51,443 nucleotides of DNA from Eubacteriales bacterium (GTDB taxonomy: Bacteria; Bacillota; Clostridia; Oscillospirales; CAG-272). A program made the position numbers and the translations under genes. Location: positions 1-51,443 of the forward strand of contig JAZSGQ010000073.1 in NCBI GenBank assembly GCA_045532805.1. The letters are read 5' to 3'. The notes under the pieces are model-generated. The model had not been told where the DNA came from and did not search any database. It saw nothing but the letters and a program-made list of their open reading frames with translations. Below are positions 9,563 to 18,604 of this stretch, in pieces; positions within the stretch are counted from its first letter, which is position 1; every line of letters begins with the position of its first letter.

Positions 9563-10609
9563 TTATTTCATGTACTTCTTGCGGTTCTCGGCAAGAATGC
9601 GGTCGCGCTCCTCGGCGCGGATGCGCTTCATCGCCTCAACGGTCATCGCCCAGGTGCGAAGCGGATTCTCCGCGCCGTAGTCGTTGGACTCGCTGCCCAT
9701 ATAGCCCCAGGCAAGGATGGTGCGTGCACCTGCATCGTATGCGGCCTCGGTGGCCTCGATGATCTCCTCCTCGCGGCCGCGCGGCACCTTGTAGGTCTGG
9801 ATCCAGATGTTGTGATCCTTCTCAAAGTGGTCGCTGTTCTCGATCGAGCGCTTGGTGCTGTCGTAAACGAACTGATAGGGGCTTTCCAGATCCTTCTTGC
9901 CGTACCAGTAGGGGTCGCAGCCGAGGTTGTCCAGATGAGGCAGACTGCAAAGGCGGTTGATCGAGTCCAGATTGATGCCGTGCTGTGCGCCCAGCATCAC
10001 GCAGGCGGCGTTCTTCATGCCGAGCTTTGCGCTGTACTCGGTCACGTCGGCAAAGTAGTCCACGATGCTGTCGGTGCGGAACTGCTCGACCTCCTCGCAC
10101 AGCTCCATGGGCATCGGATGGCCGAATTTTTCCTCGAATTTTTCGCGGCAGGTGGGACAGGTGCAGCAGAAGCGGAAGGGCTCCTTCTTATCGCGGGGGA
10201 TATTGGGCTCGTCCCAGAAGATGGTCTTGCCGCCGATCTCGGCAACGGCGTCCAGCCACTCGCGCGTGAACTGACGGTAGGCCGGGTGGTTGACGCAGAC
10301 CTGATAGGGGTGCAACTCGCCCGTGTTGTAGACCATATGCGCCTCGGGGTGGTAGGCAAGGAAGTGAGAACGGTCACCGGGCGCACCGCCGATGCCCCAG
10401 TTGTCCACCCAGACGTCCATACCGTACTCCTCGGTGATACGGAAATTTTCCTTCATGATCTTCTTGTGGCGCTCCCAGTCAGTATGAGAGAACATGTGCA
10501 CCACGATATCCATATCGGCGCGGGCAATTTCCTCCATATCGGTACGCACGTGCGAGGGCATACGGTTGCCGTGATAGGCAACGCCTGTAAGCAGAGATCT
10601 TCTTTTCAT
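9563..10609 (-). CDS. Uncharacterised protein, probable TIM-barrel glycoside hydrolase
   Basis: 348 aa; GVAYHG, IFWDEP, CCTCPTCREKFEEKFG (GH42-like Cys cluster), DPYW; GGAGG RBS. Confidence 0.55.
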   Translation of the reverse strand: MKRRSLLTGVAYHGNRMPSHVRTDMEEIARADMDIVVHMFSHTDWERHKKIMKENFRITEEYGMDVWVDNWGIGGAPGDRSHFLAYHPEAHMVYNTGELHPYQVCVNHPAYRQFTREWLDAVAEIGGKTIFWDEPNIPRDKKEPFRFCCTCPTCREKFEEKFGHPMPMELCEEVEQFRTDSIVDYFADVTEYSAKLGMKNAACVMLGAQHGINLDSINRLCSLPHLDNLGCDPYWYGKKDLESPYQFVYDSTKRSIENSDHFEKDHNIWIQTYKVPRGREEEIIEATEAAYDAGARTILAWGYMGSESNDYGAENPLRTWAMTVEAMKRIRAEERDRILAENRKKYMK

Positions 10610-10774
10610 GGTTCAATACCTCCGTATAGTTTTACAAGCCCATTGTATCACACCTTGTAGAAAAACGCCATAGGAAATTGAATGGTTTGTTTAAGAAATC
10701 GACTGTTTTCCTCCAAAAAAGCGCATAACGCGCGCGAGAGGCGGCCTTTTCTTTGCATATTTTTAAGAAACACA

Positions 10775-10803
10775 TTGACAAACGGGGGTGCGTGCCGTAT
10801 AAT
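10775..10803 (+). promoter_or_regulatory. Consensus sigma-A promoter of AraC regulator
   Basis: TTGACA-17nt-TATAAT, exact consensus. Confidence 0.8.
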
Positions 10804-10826
10804 GGACGCAGAAAGGAGGGATGCCG

Positions 10827-11669
10827 ATGGGACTCACGATCAACCGACTGTTGCAGGACCTTCACGCCGCAACGGGGCTTGCCGTGCATCTGTACGATGC
10901 GCAGGGGCGCATGCTGTTCCACACGGCGGGTGCACAGCCGTTTTGCAGTCTGTTGCACACGGCGCCGGGAACCAGGGAGCGCTGTCTTGCCTTTGACCAC
11001 GAGCTTTTCCGCGAGGCCGAGCGCCACGGCGACGTGCTGGCAAGAGAGTGCCCCTTTGGCATTTTTGCCGCGATCTGCCCGATCTTTGACACCGACAAAC
11101 TCAACGGCTTTCTGATGATGAGCAACGTGATGGACGAGGCCCCTGAGCACGTGGAGAGCGTGCGTGCACGTGCCCTGTCCGTCCTGCCGCAGGACGCGGC
11201 ACGCATTCACGACCGACTCACGTCCTTCCCCAAACTGCCCCGCGCGACGCTGAACGCCGTTCCCTCGATTTTGCGCACCGTTTGCGCCTATATTGAAATG
11301 CAATCCCTGTTTCCTGCGGGCGACATCACCCTGGGGCTTCTCATCAAGCGTTACATCAAGCACAACCTGCAGGGCAAACTGACGCTCTCGGATATCGGCG
11401 CGAATCTGCACTGTAGCAAGGCCACGCTGACCGAGACCTTCCGCCGCGAATTCGGCATCACCATCGTGCAATATATCAACACGTTACGTCTGCAAAAAGC
11501 GGAACACCTGCTGTGCAACACGGAGATGCCCGTGCGCACCGTGGCGGAGGAATGCGGTTTCTCGGGCGCGGAATATTTTTCCTCTCTGTTCAAAAAGGAA
11601 TGCGGGTGCTCGCCCCTCGCGTACCGTCACGCGCACGCCGCGAAAAAGGAGGTTGCCTATGCCGAGTAA
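10827..11669 (+). CDS. AraC-family regulator with PocR-type sensor domain
   Basis: N-terminal FC...RC...CPFG cysteines; C-terminal AraC HTH (VAEECGFSGAEYFSSLFKK). Confidence 0.85.
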   Translation: MGLTINRLLQDLHAATGLAVHLYDAQGRMLFHTAGAQPFCSLLHTAPGTRERCLAFDHELFREAERHGDVLARECPFGIFAAICPIFDTDKLNGFLMMSNVMDEAPEHVESVRARALSVLPQDAARIHDRLTSFPKLPRATLNAVPSILRTVCAYIEMQSLFPAGDITLGLLIKRYIKHNLQGKLTLSDIGANLHCSKATLTETFRREFGITIVQYINTLRLQKAEHLLCNTEMPVRTVAEECGFSGAEYFSSLFKKECGCSPLAYRHAHAAKKEVAYAE

Positions 11670-12138
11670 GGAACGCGTAAGAGCGCGCATGCACGAGTTG
11701 GCGGCGCGACTGGACTACGACTATCACGATCTTTCGCACCTTTCGCGCGCCCTTTACTGCAAAAAGGAGCGCGGACACGCCAACTACCAGAACGACCAAA
11801 TGGCCACGCTGGGGGACGCGGTACTGGGGCTTATCTTTACCGAGCAGTTCTTCCTTGCGGGTCTTGACAAGGACGAGATCACCGCGCAAAAATCCGCGCG
11901 GGTGAACAACGCTCTGCTCAAGTCGATCTGCGACCGCTTGGAGATCCACCGCTACGCCTTCAACGATCGCTATTTTGCCGAGGACGCGCCCCCGCACAGT
12001 CGCCTGCCCCACAAGGAGCACGATTTTTACGTGGAGGCCATCATTGCCGCCGTCTATCTGGATCGCGGTCTTGACTACACAAGAGAGTGGCTCTTGCGTT
12101 TTTACAAGGCGCACGCGCCACTCATAGCCAACACGTAA
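11659..12138 (+). CDS. Stand-alone RNase III-domain protein (no dsRBD)
   Basis: NDQMATLGDAVL and VEAIIAAVYLD resemble the RNase III signatures; 159 aa; AGGAGG RBS. Confidence 0.7.
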   Translation: MPSKERVRARMHELAARLDYDYHDLSHLSRALYCKKERGHANYQNDQMATLGDAVLGLIFTEQFFLAGLDKDEITAQKSARVNNALLKSICDRLEIHRYAFNDRYFAEDAPPHSRLPHKEHDFYVEAIIAAVYLDRGLDYTREWLLRFYKAHAPLIANT

Positions 12139-12191
12139 GCCCTGCGACTAATCTAAAAAAGCCCCCTGACGGGGCGGAAAAGAGGTCTGTT

Positions 12192-12464
12192 ATGTACTTT
12201 TTGATCGCACTTGTCATTTTCACTGTCGGCTCCTTCGCGGCCTTTATGTTATACGGCGCGGACAAGAAGCGCGCCAAGGGAGGCGCGTGGCGCATTTCGG
12301 AAAAGGTGCTGTTGCTCACGGGATTTTTGTGCGGTGCACCGGGTGCGCTCCTTGCGATGCGCGCGTTCCGACACAAAACCAAGCATATCTACTTCTACCT
12401 CATCAATCTCACGGGTCTTGTCTGGCAGATCACGGTACTGGTGTATCTGTTTTTGATGGCGTAA
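12192..12464 (+). CDS. DUF1294 family small membrane protein
   Basis: YGADKKRA...WRISEKVL...FRHKTKH motif. Confidence 0.85.
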   Translation: MYFLIALVIFTVGSFAAFMLYGADKKRAKGGAWRISEKVLLLTGFLCGAPGALLAMRAFRHKTKHIYFYLINLTGLVWQITVLVYLFLMA

Positions 12465-12488
12465 ACGCCTGCACTACCCGTACACACC

Positions 12489-12524
12489 AAGAAAACCACG
12501 CGGTCGCCGCGTGGTTTTCTTTTT
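12489..12524 (+). terminator. Intrinsic terminator
   Basis: AAGAAAACCACGCGG-TCG-CCGCGTGGTTTTCTTTTT. Confidence 0.8.
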
Positions 12525-12534
12525 ATAGCCGCTT

Positions 12535-12587
12535 TAACAAAACACAAACAAAACGCAAATCTTTCGACAACACCCCTTTGCTATCCT
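12535..12587 (+). promoter_or_regulatory. 11-bp direct-repeat box plus -10 upstream of cls
   Basis: TAACAAAACAC AAACAAAACGC AAAT; TG-C-TATCCT begins 47 nt after the box start. Confidence 0.55.
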
Positions 12588-12618
12588 TACGTTATATAAC
12601 GTTTTTGGGGGCAGAGCT

Positions 12619-14181
12619 ATGAAGAAAACGTACAAGATAAGCACCGGCAAAGAGACGATCGAGCGGGAATACAACTATATCCCCGTCCGTTATATCATGG
12701 CCGTTCTCATTACGCTATTTGAAATACTGGCCATTATCGGCACCGTGATCGCGTGCTGTTACTTTATTCCCTATTTTTATATCGCGGCATTCCTCACCGA
12801 GATCTTCTGCGTGATCAAGATCATCGCCTCGGACGACAATCCCGATTACAAAGTGCCGTGGCTGCTGTTTGTGCTGATATTGCCGATCGCGGGGTTTATG
12901 CTGTACTTCCTCTTTTACTCCCGCAAACTTCAAAAGAAGTTCCTTCGCCGTTTGGACGAGTTAAAGAAGTATCGCTACAAAACGGGGGGCGAGGCCCTTG
13001 CCGCGTTGGAGCGCGAGGACGCGCACGCCGCGGCACAGGCAAAAATGATCTGCTCTATCGCAGAGGCAAGCGTATTTCAGAACACCGAGCAGACCTATTA
13101 TCCCTTGGGCGAGGAGATGTGGCAGGCGATGCTTGTCGATCTGGAAAAGGCCGAACACTTCATTTTTATGGAATACTTCATCATCGAGGAAGGCATCTTC
13201 TGGAACTCGATCCTGGAGATCCTGAAGCGCAAGGCCGCCGCAGGTGTCACGGTGCGCGTGCTTTACGATGACATCGGCTGTATGAGCACGCTCCCCGGAA
13301 ATTATCACAAGCAACTCGCGGCCCTCGGCATAGAGGCCACGCCGTTCTCGCGCTTGCGCGGACAGGCCGACGGCGAATTCAATAACCGAAGCCACCGCAA
13401 GATCTGTGTGATCGACGGCAGGGTGGGCTACACGGGCGGCGTGAACATTGCCGATGAATATATCAACAAGGTAGTTCGCTTCGGGCACTGGAAGGATACC
13501 GCCATTCGCCTGGAGGGCGAAGCCGTCTTTGAACTGACAAGACTGTTCCTTGCCGATTACGGCATTCACGCAAAGCAACTCCCCGACACGAGCCCCGCAC
13601 TTTACCCCGCGCAAAGCGACAAACGCGCCGCCGGATACGTGATCCCGTTCGGCGACGGTCCGCGTCCGCTGTACGAGCGCAGGGTCGCCAAGAACGTGAT
13701 CCAGGCGATACTCGGCAACGCAACGCGGTACGTTTATATGACAACGCCCTACCTCATCATTGACAACGAACTGTGTCAGTGCATTGAGAACGCGGCCTTG
13801 CGCGGCGTGGACGTGCGCATCATCGTGCCGCATATCCCCGACAAGAAACTCGTGTTCGGCATGACGAGAAGTTTTTATCACCGTCTGATGAAGGCGGGCG
13901 TGAGGATATACGAATACGAGCCGGGCTTCATTCACGCCAAAAGTTACGTGGCCGATGATGCGTATGCGATGATCGGCACGATCAACCTTGACTATCGCAG
14001 TCTGGTACACCACTTTGAAAACGGCGTATGGCTGTACCGCTGTGATGCCATTCGGGATATCAAAAAGGACATCGACGATACGCTGGCAAAGTCCATTGAG
14101 GTCACCCCCGATATGCTGAAAACGGGGCCCCTGACCCGCTTCATCCGCTCGGTGGTCAGAATTTTCGCACCGATGCTGTGA
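12619..14181 (+). CDS. cls: Cardiolipin synthase
   Basis: Two PLD HKD motifs (HRKICVID, HAKSYVAD); N-terminal TM segments. Confidence 0.92.
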   Translation: MKKTYKISTGKETIEREYNYIPVRYIMAVLITLFEILAIIGTVIACCYFIPYFYIAAFLTEIFCVIKIIASDDNPDYKVPWLLFVLILPIAGFMLYFLFYSRKLQKKFLRRLDELKKYRYKTGGEALAALEREDAHAAAQAKMICSIAEASVFQNTEQTYYPLGEEMWQAMLVDLEKAEHFIFMEYFIIEEGIFWNSILEILKRKAAAGVTVRVLYDDIGCMSTLPGNYHKQLAALGIEATPFSRLRGQADGEFNNRSHRKICVIDGRVGYTGGVNIADEYINKVVRFGHWKDTAIRLEGEAVFELTRLFLADYGIHAKQLPDTSPALYPAQSDKRAAGYVIPFGDGPRPLYERRVAKNVIQAILGNATRYVYMTTPYLIIDNELCQCIENAALRGVDVRIIVPHIPDKKLVFGMTRSFYHRLMKAGVRIYEYEPGFIHAKSYVADDAYAMIGTINLDYRSLVHHFENGVWLYRCDAIRDIKKDIDDTLAKSIEVTPDMLKTGPLTRFIRSVVRIFAPML

Positions 14182-14205
14182 AATAGTTTGGAACAGCGTT
14201 TTTTC

Positions 14206-14258
14206 TAACAAAACGCAAACATTTCGCAAAAAAATCAAAAACACCCACACCGTATACT
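14206..14258 (+). promoter_or_regulatory. 11-bp direct-repeat box plus -10 upstream of the 14291 operon
   Basis: TAACAAAACGC AAACATTTCGC AAAA; TATACT begins 47 nt after the box start. Confidence 0.55.
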
Positions 14259-14290
14259 GTACTTGTCAATCAGAAAGAGAGGGTTTGAAC

Positions 14291-14656
14291 ATGAACAAAA
14301 ACGACCAGCAGTTTATTGCGCAGAGAATCCGTGCGCAGTACGTAGAAAAGGAATCCACCGACCTTCACGCGCTTCGTGCGCTTGACGCCAAGGTGCGCCG
14401 CCCCGTCAACGTATTTTCTTACGTATTCGGTAGCATCGGTGCCATCGTGATGGGAGCAGGCATGAGTTTGGTGATGACAGAGATCGGCGCCGTGTTGGGG
14501 CTTGCCAACGCGATGCTCCCCGGTATTGTAATCGGCGTGATCGGTCTTGCCATGACGCTTGTGAACTATCCGATCCACAAGAAATTCCTTGGGCGCCGCA
14601 AAGAAACATACAGCGCGGAGATCCTCGCGCTCAGCGACAAAATGATAAACGATTGA
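14291..14656 (+). CDS. Conserved small two-TM membrane protein (paralog of 17734-18147)
   Basis: LRALDAKV...FGSIGAIVMGAGMSLVM...NYPI...EILALSD. Confidence 0.75.
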   Translation: MNKNDQQFIAQRIRAQYVEKESTDLHALRALDAKVRRPVNVFSYVFGSIGAIVMGAGMSLVMTEIGAVLGLANAMLPGIVIGVIGLAMTLVNYPIHKKFLGRRKETYSAEILALSDKMIND

Positions 14657-14669
14657 AAGGAGTGGAACA

Positions 14670-14975
14670 ATGAGTATCAAGAATTTTTTTAAGCAGGCAT
14701 TCGGTGATATGAAGAAGAGTGCCAAGGCACAGCACGAGGTGGATAAGGCAGAATTTCAGGCAGTGAAGGCCGAGTCCAGAGCCAACTTCGAGGAAAACAG
14801 AGGCCACAACACCTTCAAGAAGGCGAAGGCCGATGCCAAGAAGTCCTGGGACGACGCACACATGAGCCCCGCCGAGAGAGCCGCAAAGGATCAGGAGGCA
14901 CGTGACGCGAGAATTGCCGGCGCAAAGGAAAGAACCGAGGCGGCAAACGCACGCTTTGAGGCGGCAAAAAAGTAA
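14670..14975 (+). CDS. Hypothetical charged Ala/Lys/Glu-rich helical protein
   Basis: 101 aa ORF with AAGGAG RBS, followed by a terminator. Confidence 0.7.
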   Translation: MSIKNFFKQAFGDMKKSAKAQHEVDKAEFQAVKAESRANFEENRGHNTFKKAKADAKKSWDDAHMSPAERAAKDQEARDARIAGAKERTEAANARFEAAKK

Positions 14976-14985
14976 GGAAAACGGC

Positions 14986-15017
14986 AAGAGCGAGCCGCGA
15001 TGCGGCTCGCTTTTTTT
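14986..15017 (+). terminator. Intrinsic terminator
   Basis: AGCGAGCCGC-GAT-GCGGCTCGCT followed by a T run. Confidence 0.8.
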
Positions 15018-15023
15018 GCGAAA

Positions 15024-15065
15024 CGCGAAAACGCAAACAAAACTTTAACATTTCCGTGCTATAAT
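15024..15065 (+). promoter_or_regulatory. Response-regulator promoter overlapped by the same 11-bp repeats
   Basis: CGCGAAAACGC AAACAAAACTT TAACATTTCCG then TG-C-TATAAT. Confidence 0.55.
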
Positions 15066-15107
15066 AGCATTGTACCATCAAAAATTGCGCTCTTGGAGGA
15101 TATGGAT

Positions 15108-15779
15108 ATGTTCAAGATTCTGATCGTAGAAGATGACAGAGACCTAAACCGTAGCGTGTGCTCTTTTTTGAATAACAGCGGCTATGAGGCGGTGGGGTGT
15201 CTTGACGCGGCGAGCGCGTACGACGAACTGTATAAGACCACCTTCGACTGTATCGTATCCGACATTATGATGCCCGAAATCGACGGCTTTGAGTTTGTCA
15301 AAACGGTTCGCTCGCTGAACAACGATATTCCGATCCTGTTCATGACCGCGCGCGACGATTTCGCCTCCAAGCAACGGGGCTTTCGCATCGGCATCGACGA
15401 TTATATGACCAAGCCCATTGACCTGGACGAACTTTTCCTGCGCATCGGCGCACTGCTTCGCCGTTCCAAGATCGCCTCGAGCCGTCGTCTTGAGGTCGGC
15501 CCGTTTGTGATGGACGCCGACGAGAGAAGCGCGACCCTTGCGGGCGAGGAGATCTCGCTCACGGCAAGAGAATTCGATCTGCTTTACAAGTTGTTGTCCT
15601 ATCCGAAAAAGACCTTTACGCGCACACAACTGATGGACGAATTCTGGGACGTGGATACACAGACGGGCACGAGAACGGTGGACGTGTATATGACCAAACT
15701 GCGCGCCAAACTCGCGGCGTGCGACTCCTTTGAGATCCAGACCGTACACGGTCTTGGCTACAAGGCGGTGATCAAATGA
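15108..15779 (+). CDS. OmpR/PhoB-family response regulator
   Basis: ILIVEDD, DIMMP, DDYMTKP; winged helix RTVDVYMTKLRAKL...HGLGYK. Confidence 0.92.
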   Translation: MFKILIVEDDRDLNRSVCSFLNNSGYEAVGCLDAASAYDELYKTTFDCIVSDIMMPEIDGFEFVKTVRSLNNDIPILFMTARDDFASKQRGFRIGIDDYMTKPIDLDELFLRIGALLRRSKIASSRRLEVGPFVMDADERSATLAGEEISLTAREFDLLYKLLSYPKKTFTRTQLMDEFWDVDTQTGTRTVDVYMTKLRAKLAACDSFEIQTVHGLGYKAVIK

Positions 15780-16873
15780 AGCAGCGCTCTTTTGAAAGAA
15801 AGGTATTGCAGGGTCTGTATAATTACTTCGTCTTTTTCCTGATGTCCGCCTTTCTTGTGTCCTGCACGACGATGCTGTTCGTGAACGTATTGGCAAGTAC
15901 GTTGGACCTCAGGCTCACCAACGAGAATATCCAGACGGCGGCGAAACTGACCTTTCTCAACGTGATCCTCCTCAGCGTACTGTATACCGCGATCGACACG
16001 GTGCGCCGAAAACTGACGACACAAAAGGTCACAAAGAAAATTTCAGATGCCGCGCAGGAGATCGTCAAGGGCGATTTTAGCGTTCGCATTCCCGAGATCA
16101 GTTCCTTTTCTGCCGACGATAACTACAATATCATCATCGATTGCTTCAACACCATGGCGTCCGAACTTGCCAGTGTAGAGACGTTGCGCACCGACTTTAT
16201 CGCCAACGTGTCCCACGAGATGAAAACGCCCCTTGCGGTGATGCAGAACTACGCGCGCCTGATGCAATCCCCTGATCTGCCCGAGGAAAAGCGCGTGGAG
16301 TATGCCACGGCGATCGCGGACGCCTCGCGCCGCCTTGCCGATATGATGACGAACATTCTCAAACTGAACCGTCTGGAAAATCAGCAGATCTATCCCAATC
16401 TCACCACCTTTGATCTCGGCGAACAACTCTGCGAGTGCCTGTTGCAGTACGAGAGCACGTGGGAAAGAAAGCAGATCGAGATCGAAACCGATCTCGCGGA
16501 CGGCGTGCTGGTTTCTTCCGACGCGGAACTGCTCTTGCTCGTATGGAACAACTTGTTCTCCAACGCCTTCAAGTTCACCGAAGAGGGCGGCCGAGTGAGG
16601 GTCTCGCTCACGGCGGACGAAACCTGGGCGACCGTGAAGATCTCCGACACGGGGTGCGGCATGAGCGCCGAGGTCGGCGCGCACATCTTTGAAAAATTCT
16701 ATCAGGGCGACACCTCGCACCAAACCCAGGGCAATGGCCTCGGGCTTGCGCTCGTCAGGCGCGTGGTTGACATCATGCAGGGCGAGATCGGCGTGGAAAG
16801 TGCCGTTGGTGTGGGAAGCACCTTTACGGTAAAGATCAGGAGGGCGGAGCATGAAGTGGAAGACGCTCGGTAA
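15776..16873 (+). CDS. HAMP-domain sensor histidine kinase (two TMs, short extracellular loop)
   Basis: NVSHEMKTPL H-box, NLFSNAFKFT, DTGCG, GNGLGL. Confidence 0.92.
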   Translation: MKQRSFERKVLQGLYNYFVFFLMSAFLVSCTTMLFVNVLASTLDLRLTNENIQTAAKLTFLNVILLSVLYTAIDTVRRKLTTQKVTKKISDAAQEIVKGDFSVRIPEISSFSADDNYNIIIDCFNTMASELASVETLRTDFIANVSHEMKTPLAVMQNYARLMQSPDLPEEKRVEYATAIADASRRLADMMTNILKLNRLENQQIYPNLTTFDLGEQLCECLLQYESTWERKQIEIETDLADGVLVSSDAELLLLVWNNLFSNAFKFTEEGGRVRVSLTADETWATVKISDTGCGMSAEVGAHIFEKFYQGDTSHQTQGNGLGLALVRRVVDIMQGEIGVESAVGVGSTFTVKIRRAEHEVEDAR

Positions 16874-17744
16874 CCACCTCTTGTTTCCGCATATCGCCGT
16901 GATGATCCTGCTCGTTCCCGTATCCGCCGTGTGGCTTGTCCTTTCCATGGTGTTCATCGGGACCGAGTCGGTCATGGCCTTGACGTCCTACGTGCTTGCC
17001 GCCTACACCCTCACCGTCTGGTGCTTTCGAATCCCGCGACTTTTCAAGAGATTCCGCACCTTCAGGGAGCAGAACAAATATGTGAGAAGATGGCAAAACG
17101 ATGCCCGTTTGCGCATGAACGTGACGCTTTGGGGGGCACTGGCGTGGAACGCCCTGTACGGCATCTTCCAGTTGTGTCTTGGGTGCTATCACCGCACCTT
17201 CTGGTACTGCTCGCTCGGCATATACTACATCTGCCTTGGCGTGATGCGCTTCTTCCTGCTCCGTCATACGAGGAAATATGCGCCGGGTGAGAAGATGCGA
17301 ACCGAGCTTCTCAAATACCGCGCGTGCGGTGCGATCTTCCTTGTGATGAATCTGGCACTGACGTTGATCATCTTCTTTATGATCTACTGGAACAGAACCT
17401 TCCGCCATCACATGATCACGGCCATTGCTATGGCGGCCTACACCTTCACCACGTTCACGGTGGCGATCGTCAACGTGGTCAAATACAAAAAATACAACAG
17501 CCCCGTATTTTCTGCGGCAAAGGCCATCAGTTTTGCCGCCGCCTGCGTATCGATGCTCACGCTGACGTCCACGATGCTGACCACCTTCAATGACGGCACG
17601 ATGAAGGCGCTGTCGCACAAACTGATGCTTGGCGGCGTGGGGGTTGCCGTTTCGGCGGTCGTGCTCACCATGGCGCTTTCTATGCTCCTTGTGGGCGCAA
17701 AAAAACTGAAATCATACAATGCAGAGGTAGAACATGGACAATAA
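16851..17744 (+). CDS. Conserved multi-pass membrane protein
   Basis: 297 aa with about 7-8 hydrophobic segments; overlaps both neighbours. Confidence 0.75.
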   Translation: MKWKTLGNHLLFPHIAVMILLVPVSAVWLVLSMVFIGTESVMALTSYVLAAYTLTVWCFRIPRLFKRFRTFREQNKYVRRWQNDARLRMNVTLWGALAWNALYGIFQLCLGCYHRTFWYCSLGIYYICLGVMRFFLLRHTRKYAPGEKMRTELLKYRACGAIFLVMNLALTLIIFFMIYWNRTFRHHMITAIAMAAYTFTTFTVAIVNVVKYKKYNSPVFSAAKAISFAAACVSMLTLTSTMLTTFNDGTMKALSHKLMLGGVGVAVSAVVLTMALSMLLVGAKKLKSYNAEVEHGQ

Positions 17745-18147
17745 CAATCAGGAACAAAACGGATTTTCCTATACCTATTCCGCGGCGAAACAGGCAGAGT
17801 TGAAGCGTATCCGCGATAAATACACGCCCCCGACCAAGGTCGAGGACAAGATGACCCGCCTGCGCCGTCTGGACGCAAGCGTCACCGAGACTGCACAGAT
17901 CGTGGCGCTCGTGTTCGGCGTCATAGGCGCCCTTGTACTGGGGCTCGGTATGAGTTTGTGCATGACGGATCTCGGCGAGATGCTGGGTGCATACCGTGAT
18001 CTTTCTATGGTGATCGGTATCGTGATCGGCGTAGTCGGCGGCGTGCTGGTAGGTCTTGCCTATCCCATCTATCACGCCATCGTCAGGGCCAAGCGCAAAA
18101 AACTCGCGCCCGAGATCATACGCCTGACCGACGAGTTGATGAAATGA
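17734..18147 (+). CDS. Conserved small two-TM membrane protein (paralog of 14291-14656)
   Basis: LRRLDASV...FGVIGALVLGLGMSLCM...AYPI...EIIRLTDE. Confidence 0.75.
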   Translation: MDNNNQEQNGFSYTYSAAKQAELKRIRDKYTPPTKVEDKMTRLRRLDASVTETAQIVALVFGVIGALVLGLGMSLCMTDLGEMLGAYRDLSMVIGIVIGVVGGVLVGLAYPIYHAIVRAKRKKLAPEIIRLTDELMK

Positions 18148-18151
18148 TAAA

Positions 18152-18192
18152 AAAGAAAACGGCATACCTCTTGCGAGGTGTGCCGTTTTCTT
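18152..18192. terminator. Bidirectional intrinsic terminator
   Basis: AAGAAAACGGCATACCTC-TTGC-GAGGTGTGCCGTTTTCTT. Confidence 0.8.
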
Positions 18193-18227
18193 CAGTTCGG
18201 GGCGGCGCGCGACGGGCGCGGGCGCCT

Positions 18228-18530
18228 TTATTGTGCGCTCTTCTTCAGGCGCAACTCCAGCCACGTCATACCAAGATCGAACGCATCGTGCAGACCGTTC
18301 TTCTTGCCCTGCTGGAGAATGTTGTTGGGGTCCTTGGAGTCCAGGATCTGAATGAGCACCGTATCGGGCGTTTTCTCGTCGCCCTCGCCCTTATAGGACA
18401 TCACCTCAAGCACCAGCACGCAGGGATCGTTGTTGAGATCGCCGTAGATGATGGTGTTCTCCTCACGAACAAGCGGCTTGCCCTGATACATCAGGTACTT
18501 ACCCTGTACCAATTTCTTATCGTCAGCCAT
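18228..18530 (-). CDS. Conserved hypothetical protein
   Basis: 100 aa; AAGGAG RBS; YLMYQGKPLVR...IIYGD pattern; host-like codon use. Confidence 0.7.
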   Translation of the reverse strand: MADDKKLVQGKYLMYQGKPLVREENTIIYGDLNNDPCVLVLEVMSYKGEGDEKTPDTVLIQILDSKDPNNILQQGKKNGLHDAFDLGMTWLELRLKKSAQ

Positions 18531-18604
18531 AATCGTCTCCTTATCACAATTTCACTACAAAATAGTATACCACGCCGCGCGTGAAAAGTCAATGCCTTTT
18601 TGCA

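Noticed and set aside
11659..12138. Calling this gene rnc or mrnC
   Set aside because: It lacks the dsRBD of Rnc and the usual Mini-III motifs and context; left unnamed
11448..15645. Using GAATTC avoidance to infer EcoRI specificity of the MTase
   Set aside because: GAATTC occurs several times in core genes (near 11448, 13375, 15570, 15639); a recently acquired system would leave no avoidance signal, so this is uninformative
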